Shown piece by piece: positions 1 through 12,069 of a stretch of DNA of 64,000 bases. Under the pieces are notes generated by a model, which was given only the letters and a program-made list of their open reading frames with translations, did not search any database and was not told the DNA's origin. A program made the translations under genes and the position numbers. Each line of letters begins with the position of its first letter. Position 1 is the first letter of the stretch. The stretch covers positions 1,428,276 to 1,492,275 of the forward strand of contig MU057344.1 of the NCBI GenBank assembly GCA_013239625.1, read 5' to 3'. Origin of the DNA: Lama guanicoe (Eukaryota).

Positions 1-270
1 CAAGCCGACACAGGTCTCTTAAAATAGAACAGGTCATTTTACCCCCTTTAGTATTTTCTAGAAAAATTTCTGTCAGATAAGAATGATCTGCCCCCTGAAA
101 GAGCCCCCTGGAAACAGCTTGGCACGAGGCTCTTTTCTGAGGAGGGTAAGGACTCTGATTCCCATTTTTGACCTGTTGAAGTTTCTATTTCTTCTTGGGC
201 CAGGCTTGGCATTTTGTATTTTCCCAGAAACATGCCCACTTTATCTCAAAGTCTTCCTTAAATATCCTTG
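1..270 (-). mobile_element. L1M ORF2 fragment, antisense
   Basis: Minus-strand translation 'MFLGKYKMPSLAQEEIE' (ORF 48-239) resembles the L1 ORF2p segment 'MDKFLEKYNLPKLTQEEIE'; T-rich on the + strand. Boundaries approximate. Confidence 0.65.
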
Positions 271-1179
271 CCTAATGTCTTGGCTGGGCGTAAAGACAGA
301 TCTGGGAACTCACCAGGGGCCAGGAGATCGGGGGGACCTGCTTTCTGAGGCCAGAGCAGTGCAGCAGGGGCCCCCCGGAAGGATGTGGGTCTGGGGGGGC
401 CCTGAGCTCCGGGGTCCTGCCCCCTCCCTGTGCTTGCCCAACCTGGGGGGAGCTGAGGGGCCAGCAGGCCTCTCTGGAGGGAGGGAGGGTCAGAGAGACA
501 CTTGCACTTGGTAGCCTCGAGGTCTGAGGTCTGTGTGAACTCCTGGAAGGCTCCTCAGGGGCCTCACCTGGGGAGTGGGTGTGGCAACACCTGCCTCAGG
601 TATACTCAGGGGCAAGGTGTGACTGTGGTACCTGCCTCAGGTGGACCCTGGGACAGGGCAGACTCAGTGAGAGGCAGGCGGAAAGCATCCCTCACAGCAG
701 GTGTGTATTCCATCAACATCTCTTTCCTGCCCGCCTCCCTCCTGAACTAATACAGCAGGAGTGAGGACCTGAAGGTGTTCGCTCCTCTTTTTAAAGTACA
801 AAGGAGCAAGTGTCGGGTAACAGAATTTGACACCGTGTGACCCTGCGTGGGAGGTCGCTGGAGTTTCTTGGTGCTTCTCAAAATACACCACCTGCCCCCA
901 ACAGACGGGAGGCACTTTGTCTCTCTGAGTGTGTAACAAGTGTGTAACTCTTCCTGCCCTCACGAGGCCTCGCTCACTGTCTGGAGAGTTTCCGGGGGCA
1001 GTGCTGGGTGGGGAGCTAAGTTTAGATCCCAGAGCTTGTGGAGAATTAAGAGATGGTTCCAGAGTCTCTTGCTTTTCACAACCAGTGACATTCCAACAAG
1101 GGCCCAGGTAAGTCAGCAGCATCGTGTCGGGGTGAGCCTCGCAGCGCGCACGGCTGTGCCGGGGTTGTGCACGCTGCTC

Positions 1180-4100
1180 ACTCTGGGACAAACTGAGTGA
1201 AGAGTGCATTGAACCTCTGTGCTCTTTTATAGTTTCTTGAAGCATGAAATAAAAAGTTTTATTTTTAATTACCAGGCGTGAGAGGAAGCAGAACCTATGC
1301 CTCGGGGCCAAGAGAAAAGCCAGTAACTAAAAGCAGACCCGGAAATGAAATAATGTTAGAAATACAACAAACGGGTGCAGCTGCTACAGGTACCGGCTGT
1401 GTCAGCACAGAGGCGGAGGGAACACAAACGTGACGAGCGGAAGCAGAGAAGAGACAGAAAGGGCCCAAAATGAACCTCTAGAGATGAAAAAATATACATA
1501 TATGGTCTGAAACGGGAACATACACTGAATGGGTTTACGTGCAGATTAAAGCTGCAGGACACTGTTTCAAAAAGAAAAAAAGATCAATGGGATCTTTTAA
1601 GAAAGTAACAGAAATTATCCAAAGTTATAAACAGGAAAAAAAAGACTGAAAAAATGGAAAAAGCCACAGTCAGTGCAGTAATAGGAAGCTGTCTAACGTC
1701 CATGCCGTTGGCATCTCTTGTGGGGCGGAAGGAGAAGAAAGAGGGGGAAGTATCTGAAGAAATTCTTGCTGAAAATATTAAACATTTGATTAACAGCAAC
1801 AACAACACTGCAAACTCACAGATGCAAGGATCTCAACAAGCTCCAAGCAGAAAAAACAAGACAAACACCAAGTGTATCATCATCAGATGCTAAGGAGTTA
1901 AGGGGAAACTCTTATAAGCAGCCAGAGAATAAAAGGCATATTACGTACCAGTGAACAAAACGTATAAGTGAATTTCTCATCAGAAACTGTGCAAGGCAGA
2001 ATACAGTGGAGAAACTCCTTCAAAGTACTGAGGAAGAAAGCTTCTAGCCTAGACTTCTGTACTCAACAAAACTGTCTTTCAAATGAAAGCAAAATAAGTG
2101 ATACTTCAGTCAGAGCTGAGAGAGTTTATGCAGTAGTCCAGCACTGTAATAAATGGTAAATAACATTCTTTGCATGTGAGGAAAATTACGCCAGGTGGAA
2201 CTATGAACCTACACAGAGACACAAAGAATATCGGAAATGATAAATAAGTGGGTAGATGAAAGAATGCTTAATTTAAATTTTTAAAAATTTAAGACGTAAC
2301 TAACTGCTCAAAGGAAAATAACAGCAATGTATGAAAAGCTTTAGAAGATAAAGAAGTGAAATTTATGACAAAGCACACAGGGCAGAAGAAGGGAAATAGA
2401 GGGACGTTATCGTAAGATTTTACACTGTAAGTGAAGCGGTCCAACATGCTTTGAAAGCACTTTGATAAGTTAATGATGTGCATTGCAAAAACTCTAGAGC
2501 AGTCAGTGAAGAGAAAAGGTCCGTGCTGTAGGTGAAAATGGGCTTTTGGAAACACTCGCTTAACTGAAGAGAGCAGGAAAACAAGAACAAAGAAATGAGA
2601 CAAACATGCAAACAGATAGTGAGGTGGTGCATTTAAGCCCAACCGTATATAAATCACATTAAGTGTAAACGGCCCAAACCTTCCAGTTAAAACAAAGAAA
2701 TTGCCAACTCGGACTTAACAAAATCAAAACCCAACTGTATACCGTCAAAAGAAACTCACTCTGAATACAAAAAAAGTGGGTAAGTTGAAAATAAAAGGAT
2801 GGAAAGAGATGTACCATGTAAACACCGACCAGAAGAACGCAGGAGCTGCTGAATTAGCGTCAATAGAAGTTTATTTCTGAATAGGAAATATTATCATGGA
2901 TAAAGAAGGACATTTCATAATGACGGAAGGAATCAGTCCTTCAAGAGGACACGGCGAGACTAACAGCAGCAACATACACACTCTTTCCGTGTGCACGTGA
3001 AACAGTCACCAAGAGGGGCCACGTTCTGAGCCATACAGCAAGTCTCAACACACGTCAAAGCATGAAAATCTTACAAAGTATTTCTCTGACTGCAAGAGAA
3101 TTGAACTGGAAGGTCAATGACAGGCAATACCTGGAAATCCCCAGACACCTGGAACCTAACCAACACAATTCTAAATAACCCACGGGTCAAAAAAATTAAT
3201 CACAAAAGAAATTAGAAAACATTTTGAACTGAATAAGAATAAAAACACAGGATTTTTTAGTTTGTGAGGTGCAGCTAAGCAAGCACTGCTTGGAGGAAAA
3301 TTTGTAACATTCATTTCTTAAATTAGGAAAGAAGAAAAATGTCAGATTAATAAGCTATGCTCTCTCCATAAGGGTGATAAAATGAAGAAAAACTTAAATC
3401 CAAAGTAAGCAGAAGGAAATAATAAATCCAAGAGAAAAAATAAGTGAAGTAGAAAAACAAAAATAAAGGAAGATTCAATAAAACCAAAACCTGTTCTTGA
3501 ACAAGTTTATGGATAAACGTCTAGCCAAACTTACCAAGAAGAAAACAGATGAGACATAAATTACCAATGCCTGAAATAAAAGAGGGGCCATCACTACCAA
3601 ATCTACACACAATAAAAAATAATAAACAAATTCTATGAAGAGCTTTATGTCAATACATTTGAAAACTAAATGAAAGGTATGAATTTCTTGAAAAACACAA
3701 AGTACTGGTATTGACTTAAGAAGAAATAGGTGCAGATAACATATTTGTCTATGTACAAAATCTAAAGGAAACTGCAAAAAATCTACAAGAACTGATAAAT
3801 GAGTCTAGCAATCACAATGTACAAAATGCCAGTGAACAACAGTTAATTGGACTTCCACACACTAGCAATGAACAAGTGGAAACTGAAATTCTAAAAAATT
3901 ACAATAGAATAAAAAATGATAAACTCAGCAATCAGTTTAACCAAAAGAAAAAAATGTGTAAGGCACATACACCGAAAACTATGAAATATCACCAAGATAA
4001 ATCAAAGGCGATCTGAGTAAGTGGAGAGATATACCATGTTCATGGATTGGAAGGTTCAGTACTGTTAATGACAATTTTCCTGAAATTGATCTATAGATTC

Positions 4101-4735
4101 AGTGAAATACCAGTGGAAAAAAAAAATCCTAGAATACTTTCTTACAGAAATTGCCGAGCTAGCTTTAATGTTTATGTGGAAACACAATGCACCTAAAGTA
4201 ACCTAATCAACTTTGTAGAAGAAGAAATGTTGGAAGACTTGTACTATATCTCACGGCTTATCATGAAGTTAGAGGAATCGTGACCGTGTGGCACTGTGAA
4301 AGGCTAGATACACAAATCAATGGAACAGAGAGTCCGCCAATGGACCCACACATACTTGGACAATCAATTTTTGATAATATTGCCAAGCCAATTCAATGGG
4401 GAAATCACAGACTTTTCAACAAATGAGGCTGGAACAACTGAACACTCACATACAAAGAAATGAACTTCAACCCTGACAAAAAATGAACTCAAAATAGATC
4501 CCAGAGCTCAAACTATAAAACTTTTAGAGAAGATGTTTAGAAAACCTTGGTAGCTTTGGGTTCGGCGAGGATTTTTTTAAATGGAAAGAAACAAAAATAA
4601 ACAATTAAAAATCGTTTAAATTTTAATTTGCTATTGTTAAGAAGTTTGTTCTTCAAAAGGCACTGCTGAGCAAAAGGAAAGGCAGGTCAGATTCCGGGAG
4701 CAGGTGTCTGCAAGTCACACGTCTGGAGAGGAGAT
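1180..4735 (+). mobile_element. Old, decayed LINE-1 (L1M class) with ORF1 and ORF2 remnants, internally deleted and 3'-truncated
   Basis: A-rich + strand. ORF1p-like pieces 'EEILAENIKHL...QGSQQAPSRKN' (1654-1893) and 'FSSETVQGRIQWRNSFKVLRKK' (1968-2159). Endonuclease start 'ITLSVNG' near 2655, degenerate RT 'ADxx' motif near 3732, and a KRQ..WEKIFA-like C-terminal segment near 4675-4730. Many stops and frameshifts. Confidence 0.93.
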
Positions 4736-5414
4736 GTGGAAGGGGAAACTGTCCGGGGAAACAGGTGCAGGAAGGCTCCTGCCTGAGGCTCCTGGACACG
4801 CAGGGGCTGTCCTAGCGCCAAAGCCAGGGATTCTGACCCAGCACGGTCGAGGGTTCTGACGTCGTACTAAGCACAATCTAATCTTTCCATGAATTCTCAT
4901 TTCCCAAGTGTCCACGCCTCTCACCAGGCGTGCTCGTTGGCCAGAGCATCCGAGCTGGGCTGGGCTGCCCCTCTCTGTGCTATGCTCACTCCAGGGGCAA
5001 GGTCCCGGTCATCCCTGAGGCAAAGGGGGCAGGTGAACCCGAGTCCCTCCCTCCCACCCACCTGAGGAGGGGTCAGCCTGTCTGCCAGTACCTGGACCCC
5101 ACCACGCTGGACCCCCGTCCTCCTGGTCCCCCAATGCCACCCACCCGGAGCGCCTCTGGGAGGGGGGTTGCTCCCCTAAACGCAACGGACTGGGGTGAGA
5201 GGCAGCTGGACCAGTGCTTGAGATGCCTTTGGAAGAAATCCACCTCCGAGGCAGTGTGGTTATTCTGGCAGAATCTGGAGAGAAAAATAACGTTGCCTTT
5301 ATAAGTGAGTCAGCTGACCGTTTTACAATTCTTCCCCAAACCGACTAAGCCATTTTCACAACATAAAATGAGCAAAAAATTTAATTATTTCAAGGTGTCC
5401 TTCACCCCAAACTC

Positions 5415-5554
5415 NNNNNNNNNNNNNNNNNNNNNNNNNNNNNNNNNNNNNNNNNNNNNNNNNNNNNNNNNNNNNNNNNNNNNNNNNNNNNNNNNNNNNN
5501 NNNNNNNNNNNNNNNNNNNNNNNNNNNNNNNNNNNNNNNNNNNNNNNNNNNNNN
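5415..5554. other. Assembly gap (140 N)
   Basis: Run of N. Confidence 1.
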
Positions 5555-6702
5555 TCTAGAGCCTGGGGCAGCTGTCCCTGCTGTATCTCATTTACAGAGG
5601 GCCTGGGGCCACCCCACAGGGGACCCGGGTGGGTCACTGTGTCCCCTCTTGGGCCAAAGACACTGGAGGAGGCTGTGCCACACCCAGCAGTGCCCACAGC
5701 TGAGGACGACCCCAGCCACACCGTGCTGCCTGGTTACGCCTGACTGAGATGGCAGCCTTGGGACAGCCTCAGGGAAGGTCCCGAGACCCTGACCTTGGGA
5801 GGGTCCAGGAAGGGCCCCAGCCAGGTTCATCATTACTCCCCCTGCAGGGTGAGGCCAGAGGCCCAGCCAGGCCCTGCTGGGTCAGCTTCAGGGACACATG
5901 AGACAACGCGCCGCCGTGGGGCTGGGGAGAGCTGGGCTTTTTGGCTGTGCCCGTGGTCGATGAAACGCGCAGCTGAGTGTTCCGGGCAGGGTGGTAGGGG
6001 GAGGGGCAAGAAGGAGTCCCGCACCCCAGGGCACTTCCCGGGGGCTTCCTGCCCATCTTGGAGCATCCTGGACTCAAGGATTTTCCGGACACAGATGGCC
6101 TTCCCAGGGAGAGTTAGCAAGGCTGTGGCGGGTGTGTCCACTTTTAAGAGTGAGCTGGGCGGGCACGTGCAACCCTGCAGGGGCACCTGAAAGACAAGGA
6201 TAGAACAGGGGCCGCTCAGGTGCCTCTGGAGACCCCGAGAGCAGTTTCAGCAGAAGGAGGGCGAGGAGCAGTGTCTGGAAGGGGTGGGGCCCGGGTGTCA
6301 CGTGACTGCCGCTTGCCTGCTCCCTTCAGGCCTTCTTATCGCCTGAGCGGCGATCCCGAGGTGGGGGTCCTGTGCCCGGGGGGTCATGACCAGGAAGAGC
6401 AGGCGGGGAAACCGCACGTCCTACAGGTGCAGGTGATGGCGGGGAGCAGGATCAGGTCTTGGACCCTGGAGGGCTCCACCCCGGGGCCAATGGCACAAAC
6501 GAGACAGATCCAGCCTTCTCGTCCAGGTGTAACTGACCACCGCAGGCAGTGGGACAGGGAGGACAGAGGTCTAGGGTCCTGGGCCAGCTCTGATGCCACT
6601 GCCCCCGACCTCGGGCAAGTGCTACCCACTACCCTCTGCTAGGCCTCTTTTTCTCAGTTTCATCATGAAACTCAATTTCCTTGGTCTATTGGGCAAGGGA
6701 TT

Positions 6703-6842
6703 CATCCTATCCATCCACCCATCCATCCATCTATCCATACGTTCTTCACACATTTAGTCATCCATCTGTACATCCAACCTCCATGCATATATCCACCCAT
6801 CTACCCACCCACCCATCCGTCCATCCACCCATCCATTCATCC
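6703..6842. repeat. Degenerate (CCAT)n/(CCAC)n microsatellite
   Basis: Repeated ccat/ccac units. Confidence 0.9.
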
Positions 6843-7050
6843 AAAACTATTGACCATCTCCCATGTGCCACATTCTCTGCAAGGCCCCGGAGAATACGGG
6901 AAACTAAAACAGACAAGAAGCCCCTGCTCTGACTGACACCCTGAGAGCTGCGTGGTGGGAGCAGGGGATGGAAGTCTGAGGACCAGCCAGGAGGCTTTTG
7001 GAGTAAGAGTGCAGGTGAGAGATGGAGGCGGCCTAGAAGAGACAGGAGCA
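6833..7050 (-). mobile_element. L2 LINE 3' end, antisense
   Basis: 'cattcatccaaaactattgaccatctcccatgtgccacattctctgcaagg...aaaacagacaagaagcccctgctct' matches the pattern of an antisense L2 3' terminus. Confidence 0.75.
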
Positions 7051-8569
7051 GCTGGAGGCTCTGAGGGAAAAACAGCTGCCCTGTTGGTGGGGAGGAAGGC
7101 CCAGGGGTCCCTGCTGAGCAGACACCCTGGGTCCTCATGTGCCCACAGGCAGGGGCACAGGGAGAGCTAGCTCCACTGAGGGGGGTGCAGGAGGAGAGGG
7201 GATGGCCGTTCTGGCTGCTCCAGACCTGGAGAGAACCAGGGAATGTTCTGACCCCCAGGCCCCTGCCCTGGAGAAAGCATGGGAGCACCAGGTGCGGAGG
7301 GTAGAGGGGCGTGAAGGAGCACCCAGGCCGGTCCCGCCCACCCCATCCCTCACTTCCAGGGGCTCAGCACGAGGCAGCCTGCCTCCGTGTGCTTCTCCGT
7401 ACGGGTCCCTTCTGACCCCTCAGCCCCCCAGGGACACCTGCTGGAGCCCCATCCCTGAGCCAGCAGGGTGGGTGCGAGGGTGTGACGCCCTCTCGTGGGG
7501 GCCCAGCTGTACCTGGGCTCATAGCTGCAGCCCATGTAGGTCCCGGGGGACACAGAGGACGAGAGGCAAGTTCTACCAGGCTGGGGAGGGTCTGGTGGGC
7601 TTTCTGGAGGAGATGGCCTCGCATCTCTAGTAAACTACCCGCCTGGCCTGCAGCGCCAGAGGCGTGGCACCCTCCATGGCCGTGTGCAGGGAGGGCTCCC
7701 CCGATGGCATGAGAGTCCTGGGCCTCTCTGGGTGGGTCTGTGCAGAGCGTAACCCAGCGTGAGCCCTCAGCGTCTACGAGGTGCCCTTGACGCCTGAGCT
7801 ACTTCCACTGTGGAAACCCTCCCTGGGTGCCTCCTGCCTGTGTCTGCAAAGCCCCCTTATCCCGTAGGGGTGCTGCCCGCGGCTCTGTGTCTGTGATGCC
7901 AGCATCTCACCTGGAATCTCAGGTGAGTCTCATCCTGCCACTTCTGAACAACGCGATGCTCTGTGTTGGGGAGGAGCCTCGTTTGAGGGTATCTAAGTGT
8001 CAACTGGCTTCCTTTTTTGGGGGGGCGGGCTGGGGTTCGGGGTGCTGCCGTCCTTCCCCGGAGGCTGCTAAGGCCAAGAGGGCCTGGGGTTGAGGGCGTG
8101 GAGCAGGGTGCCAAGTTCCTGCCCATCCAGGGGTTCTCTCTGGGGGGAGACGCCGGGAGCCCTTGGGCCACGGCTTGGCTCTGGCCCGCATGGCCATCTC
8201 TGGGGCACTGGAACCACCTTTTAGGGTGTGGGTGAAGGCCAGCCTCTGCCCTCAAGCCCGACCCCCACACCTGGGGGGCTCCGTCCTCCTGGGGGCCGCT
8301 GGGGCCTCCAGCACCCCTCAGGGTGGAGCCCTAGGTGGAATGTGAGTAAACTGTCAACTGCGAGGCAAAGAAATGAGGCTGAAACTCCAAAATCAAGTGA
8401 CTGTTTAGCAGACAAGCGTCACCGAGCGCCCACATCACACACGCAGTGACGGAAGCAGCGCCAACAGGGGGGCCTGGAGGCGCTCCAGGCGGGTCGTGGC
8501 ATCGCAGCCGGCTCTGGAGAGACAGGCAGGAGTTTGGCCTTCATTCTGAACACGTGACAGCTGTGCAAC

Positions 8570-8700
8570 TGTTACATAGTCACTGGAGAAAAGTTAAAAT
8601 GCAGGTAAGTGTAGCAGAGAAAAAGTCACGGTGTCCTGAGATCCCGTCACTCGGAGGAGACCTCTGTTAATATTTCAGTGGACACTCCTGGCGGTTTCCG
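8570..8700 (-). mobile_element. L1ME-type 3' UTR fragment
   Basis: 'gaaaagttaaaatgcag...gatcccgtcactcggaggagacctctgttaatatttcagtggacactcc' resembles an antisense L1ME3/4 3' UTR. Confidence 0.45.
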
Positions 8701-8914
8701 GGACATACGGCCCCAAAGATGCAGGGCACTGCCATGCCCGCTGTCCACCAGCGGTCCATTGTGTGGGCCTGGCAGACGCCATGGGTCGGATCCTTCTGCT
8801 GGAAGGCGCCGCGGGAGGCTCTGGGGCGCTCACCGGTCAGGACCCCGGGGCGCCTGCTCGGGGAGGCTGGGCGCTGCGCGGACATGGCCGCTCTAAAATA
8901 GCCACAAAGCCTCG

Positions 8915-10130
8915 GGGCTTAAGATGGCAGATTAAACACACGCAATAGTGCGCGCTCGCTGCAAAGCCACTTCAACCACAATAAAGAGATTTTAAAAGAC
9001 ATTTACCCATGAGGGTGGGAGGACAGAGCAGCCGCAAACATCTGGCAGCCGGACTGCAGATGGAGCCCTGGTAACTGGGCCAGAGACGAGAGAGAGAGGC
9101 AGAGACAGCTGAAGTGGAGAGTGGGAAAGGTGAGGTTTCCCCAGACCTAGCACAGCGAGGACCCCCACTCTCAGGACTGGCTATAAAAGCATCCCCGAAC
9201 AGGGGGAACATGCGGCAGTGACCCTGAGGGCTGGAGTGGAAAGGGGAGTCAGAGCCCCCAGTCCCCTCCCCCTCCGGCCACCCCCCACCCCCGGCAGGGA
9301 AGTCCCAAGGTCTGGTCCCTGGAATGCAGGCAGCCTTGGCTGAATGCCGACTGCAGAGACCCCCGTCTCCACCCCTAGCTTGGCCCCCAGAAGACTAGCA
9401 ACCAGACCCCTGCCTCAGTCCCTGGAAATCAGATCGGTCCCTAAGGATGTTGTCACCAAGGGGTCCCAGGATCACCCTTCTGTGAATCTCAGGGACAAGA
9501 GCCCCTCCCTCCCTCCCTCTCAGATCTTCTCACCAGCTCTGTACCCACCCTCTGGGTCAGGGGCAGACAGCCAAGGATGTGCAGACAGCACACGGAAACA
9601 GATACAGCAAAGCCACGAGGGGACACACAGACTGCGTGGCAGAAGAAAACGGTGTCCTAACCGTCAGTTTCCAGAAACAAAGAGCAGAGGAAACAGAGGC
9701 CGGAAAATCAGCAACAAAGTGTTTTAAGAAATGTTTCCAGAGCTGAAGGGCAGAAGTTCCCAGTGTGAAAGAGCCCCCGGTGGGTGACATCAGACACTCC
9801 AGGTGACACAGTGGGACCCTTGGCGCCACGAGGAGATTCCAGGTTCCAAAGACGAGAACGAGGAGCCACCGACCAAGCGGAAGGAGGCGGAATCTCCTCC
9901 GACTTCTCAACGGCTACCCTGGGAGCAGGAAGACAGCGCAGTGAAACCGGAGCAGCGCTGGACGAAGCGCTCCCCAAGCTGGCACCGCACGCCCAGCCGG
10001 CTGGCGTGCCTGTACGGCGGAGGGCGGCGGGCACTCCCGGGCGTGTGAGCGCCCCAGTTAGCCAGAGGGACTGCGGGACGTGCTTCACAAAATGAGAAAG
10101 GAAGCCAAGACAACGCAGGAGCAGGCATGT
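8915..10130 (+). mobile_element. HAL1 (half-L1) relic
   Basis: 5' end 'aagatggcagattaaacacacgca...aaagagattttaaaagacatttaccc...cagatggagccctggtaactg' follows the HAL1 5' consensus as I recall it. ORF1-like remnants 'FPELK' (about 9733-9747) and 'SDFSTATLGAGRQ' (about 9898-9936) resemble 'SDFSTATLEARRQW'. No ORF2 follows. Confidence 0.75.
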
Positions 10131-10569
10131 GAGGAGCCCCTCGGGGGTGACAACCGGAGCCTCTGGGACTGTGGCCGTGGGCGGGATGTCAGCGGCAACG
10201 GGCCCATCCTGCCGCAGCGGGAGCAGGGAGCCCGGCGTGAGGGCCGCCGCGCCCAGGGCCCCTGCACCGCCCCGGCTCAGCGCGGGACAGCCCGGCCCGG
10301 ACCTCGCCCTCCCCTGGCTCGTCCTGACCGCACGTGGAGGAGGGTCTTGCCTCCCCTTGGGAGAGCCTCCCGAGGCGGCTGTAAGGAACAACCGCGGCCT
10401 GCGGCTCAGAGCGGCACAGAGCTGTTACGGCTGCCCTGCAGGTCAGAAGCCTGAATGGGCGAAAAGCAAGGCGCTGGGAGGGCCGTCCCCTTTCTGGAGG
10501 GTCTAGACCGCATTCTCCTGCCTTTTCCATCTCTTAGAGGCGGCCCCGCTTTCCTTGGCTCCTGGTGCC

Positions 10570-11192
10570 TTTCGTATTCAAAGCAAGACCATCTGAATCC
10601 TTCTGCTTCCCTCCACCCCATTTAAGGACCCTCGTGAGGACGCTGGGCCCGACCACATGATCCAGGAGAGACTCTCCCCACCTCGTGGTCAACTGACGAC
10701 CCCCCTTAATTCCATGCATAGCCTCGGTTTGCCTTCCCCTGAGCCCGCCACCCCCTGATTTGTTCCTATCCTCTCACTCTCTTGTGCTGCTCCAGCACAG
10801 GGGGCTGGTGCCTCAGGGCCCCCACAATGGCTGTTCCACGTGTCCAAATGCTGTTCCTCTAGACGTGCCTGGGGCTCCCTTTTCACTCTCTCACATCTCT
10901 GCTCAAATGCCACCCCTTCCCAGAAGTCTCCCTGGGCCACCCTATTGAGAGGTGTGCCCTCCATGCCCCTGCTTCCTCACCTCTCTTCCCTCCTTCTTCA
11001 GTCCCACAGCAGTGCAGCCGCCACCTGCCGTGCAAGGTTCTTCTGTATCTGGCCTGTTGCTGCCTCCCCAGGGAACAGTGAGCTCCAGGGGGAGGGGCTC
11101 TTGTCTGTTTCGGTCACTGCTATGTCCTTGGGGCTATGGCCACCCTGGTGCATAGCAGGTGTACAATGAACGGGTACCACTTGAATGGATGT
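10570..11192 (+). mobile_element. L2a 3' end
   Basis: 'tctctgctcaaatgccaccccttcccagaagtctccctgggccacccta' and 'tgagctccagggggaggggctcttgtctgtttcggtcactgctatgtcc...catagcaggtgtacaatgaa...tgaatggatg' are typical of the L2 3' terminus. Confidence 0.85.
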
Positions 11193-11329
11193 ACCGTCCA
11201 TCCTGCAGTCACCAGACACCTGACCTTGGTCAGCCCTATTTTCCCACTGGCTTCCAGCTGAGGGTCTCCTGTCAACACCCGGGGGCTGGAGCCAGACGGT
11301 GGTCTAGGTCATCTCCTCAAATCTTCACC

Positions 11330-11560
11330 TGCTGGGACAACCCTGCCTTTCCTTCCACGACTGGGCAGCTGCTCACCTGCATCCTGTCCCTTGGGGTTTG
11401 CCCATCCTGGACGCCTTGTAGTGACAGCACCGTACAATGTGTGGCCTTTTGTTTCTGCTTCTCTCGCTGAGCATTGCTTTTTCACGGGTCCTCCTGGCTG
11501 CACATGTGTCAGGACTGCATTCCTTTGATGCCACCACATTTCACTCGCCTGCTACTGGTG
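11330..11560 (-). mobile_element. L1ME/L1MB 3' UTR fragment, antisense
   Basis: 'acaatgtgtggccttttgtttctgcttctctcgctgagcattgc...gcacatgtgtcaggactgcattccttt'. Confidence 0.6.
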
Positions 11561-11870
11561 ATTTTAATGTTCCACATTCGTTTCAATTTGAATAAGCTTC
11601 TGCGGCTAGAGTCACATTTTTAGGGATGTGTATTAGGTGATAAAAGTGTCAATCAAGACAAGGAGATGGTTAACACGAAAAAACCTGGGTGGTGGTTGGC
11701 GCTGGGCTGGTGGGAAAGAGGGCTGCATAGAGCGCTTTGAAGAAACCGGCCCCGCGCTTCCGCCTTACCCGGGCGCTGGGCCAGCGCTCGCGTCGCAGGC
11801 TTCCAGGTGTGCGCGTGCGTCCTACACGCTCACCTGTCTGTGTGATCACTTCAAAACTGACAAGGGGAGT

Positions 11871-12022
11871 GGGGGGCTATAGCTCGGTGGTAGAGTGCGT
11901 GCTTGGTGTGCACAAGATCCTGGGTTCAACCCCCAGCGCCTCCTTTAAGGGGAAAAAGAAAAATGAACAAATATATGTAAAAAAAAAAAAGACTAGAAAA
12001 AATTTTTTAAAAAAAGAAAAAA
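11871..12022 (+). mobile_element. tRNA-derived SINE, camelid Vic-1 type, with A-rich tail
   Basis: 'ggggggctatagctcggtggtagagtgcgtgcttggtgtgcacaagatcctgggttcaacccccagcgcctcc' has Pol III A and B boxes and is followed by an A-rich tail. Confidence 0.88.
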
Positions 12023-12069
12023 CTTTAAGATGAGCATAAAGCTTTTCAAACATACGTACTCAGGAGAGA

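Noticed and set aside
589-642. Duplicated ACCTGCCTCAGGT 41 bp apart
   Set aside because: Only two short copies with no supporting context; probably a local duplication.
1105-8610. Isolated perfect + strand donors (CAG|GTAAGT at 1107 and 8604)
   Set aside because: No matching acceptor or promoter context, and they lie in or beside LINE relics. Expected by chance.
11871-11945. tRNA gene
   Set aside because: Stems are degenerate, it has an A-rich tail and there are three related copies in the window, so it is a SINE.
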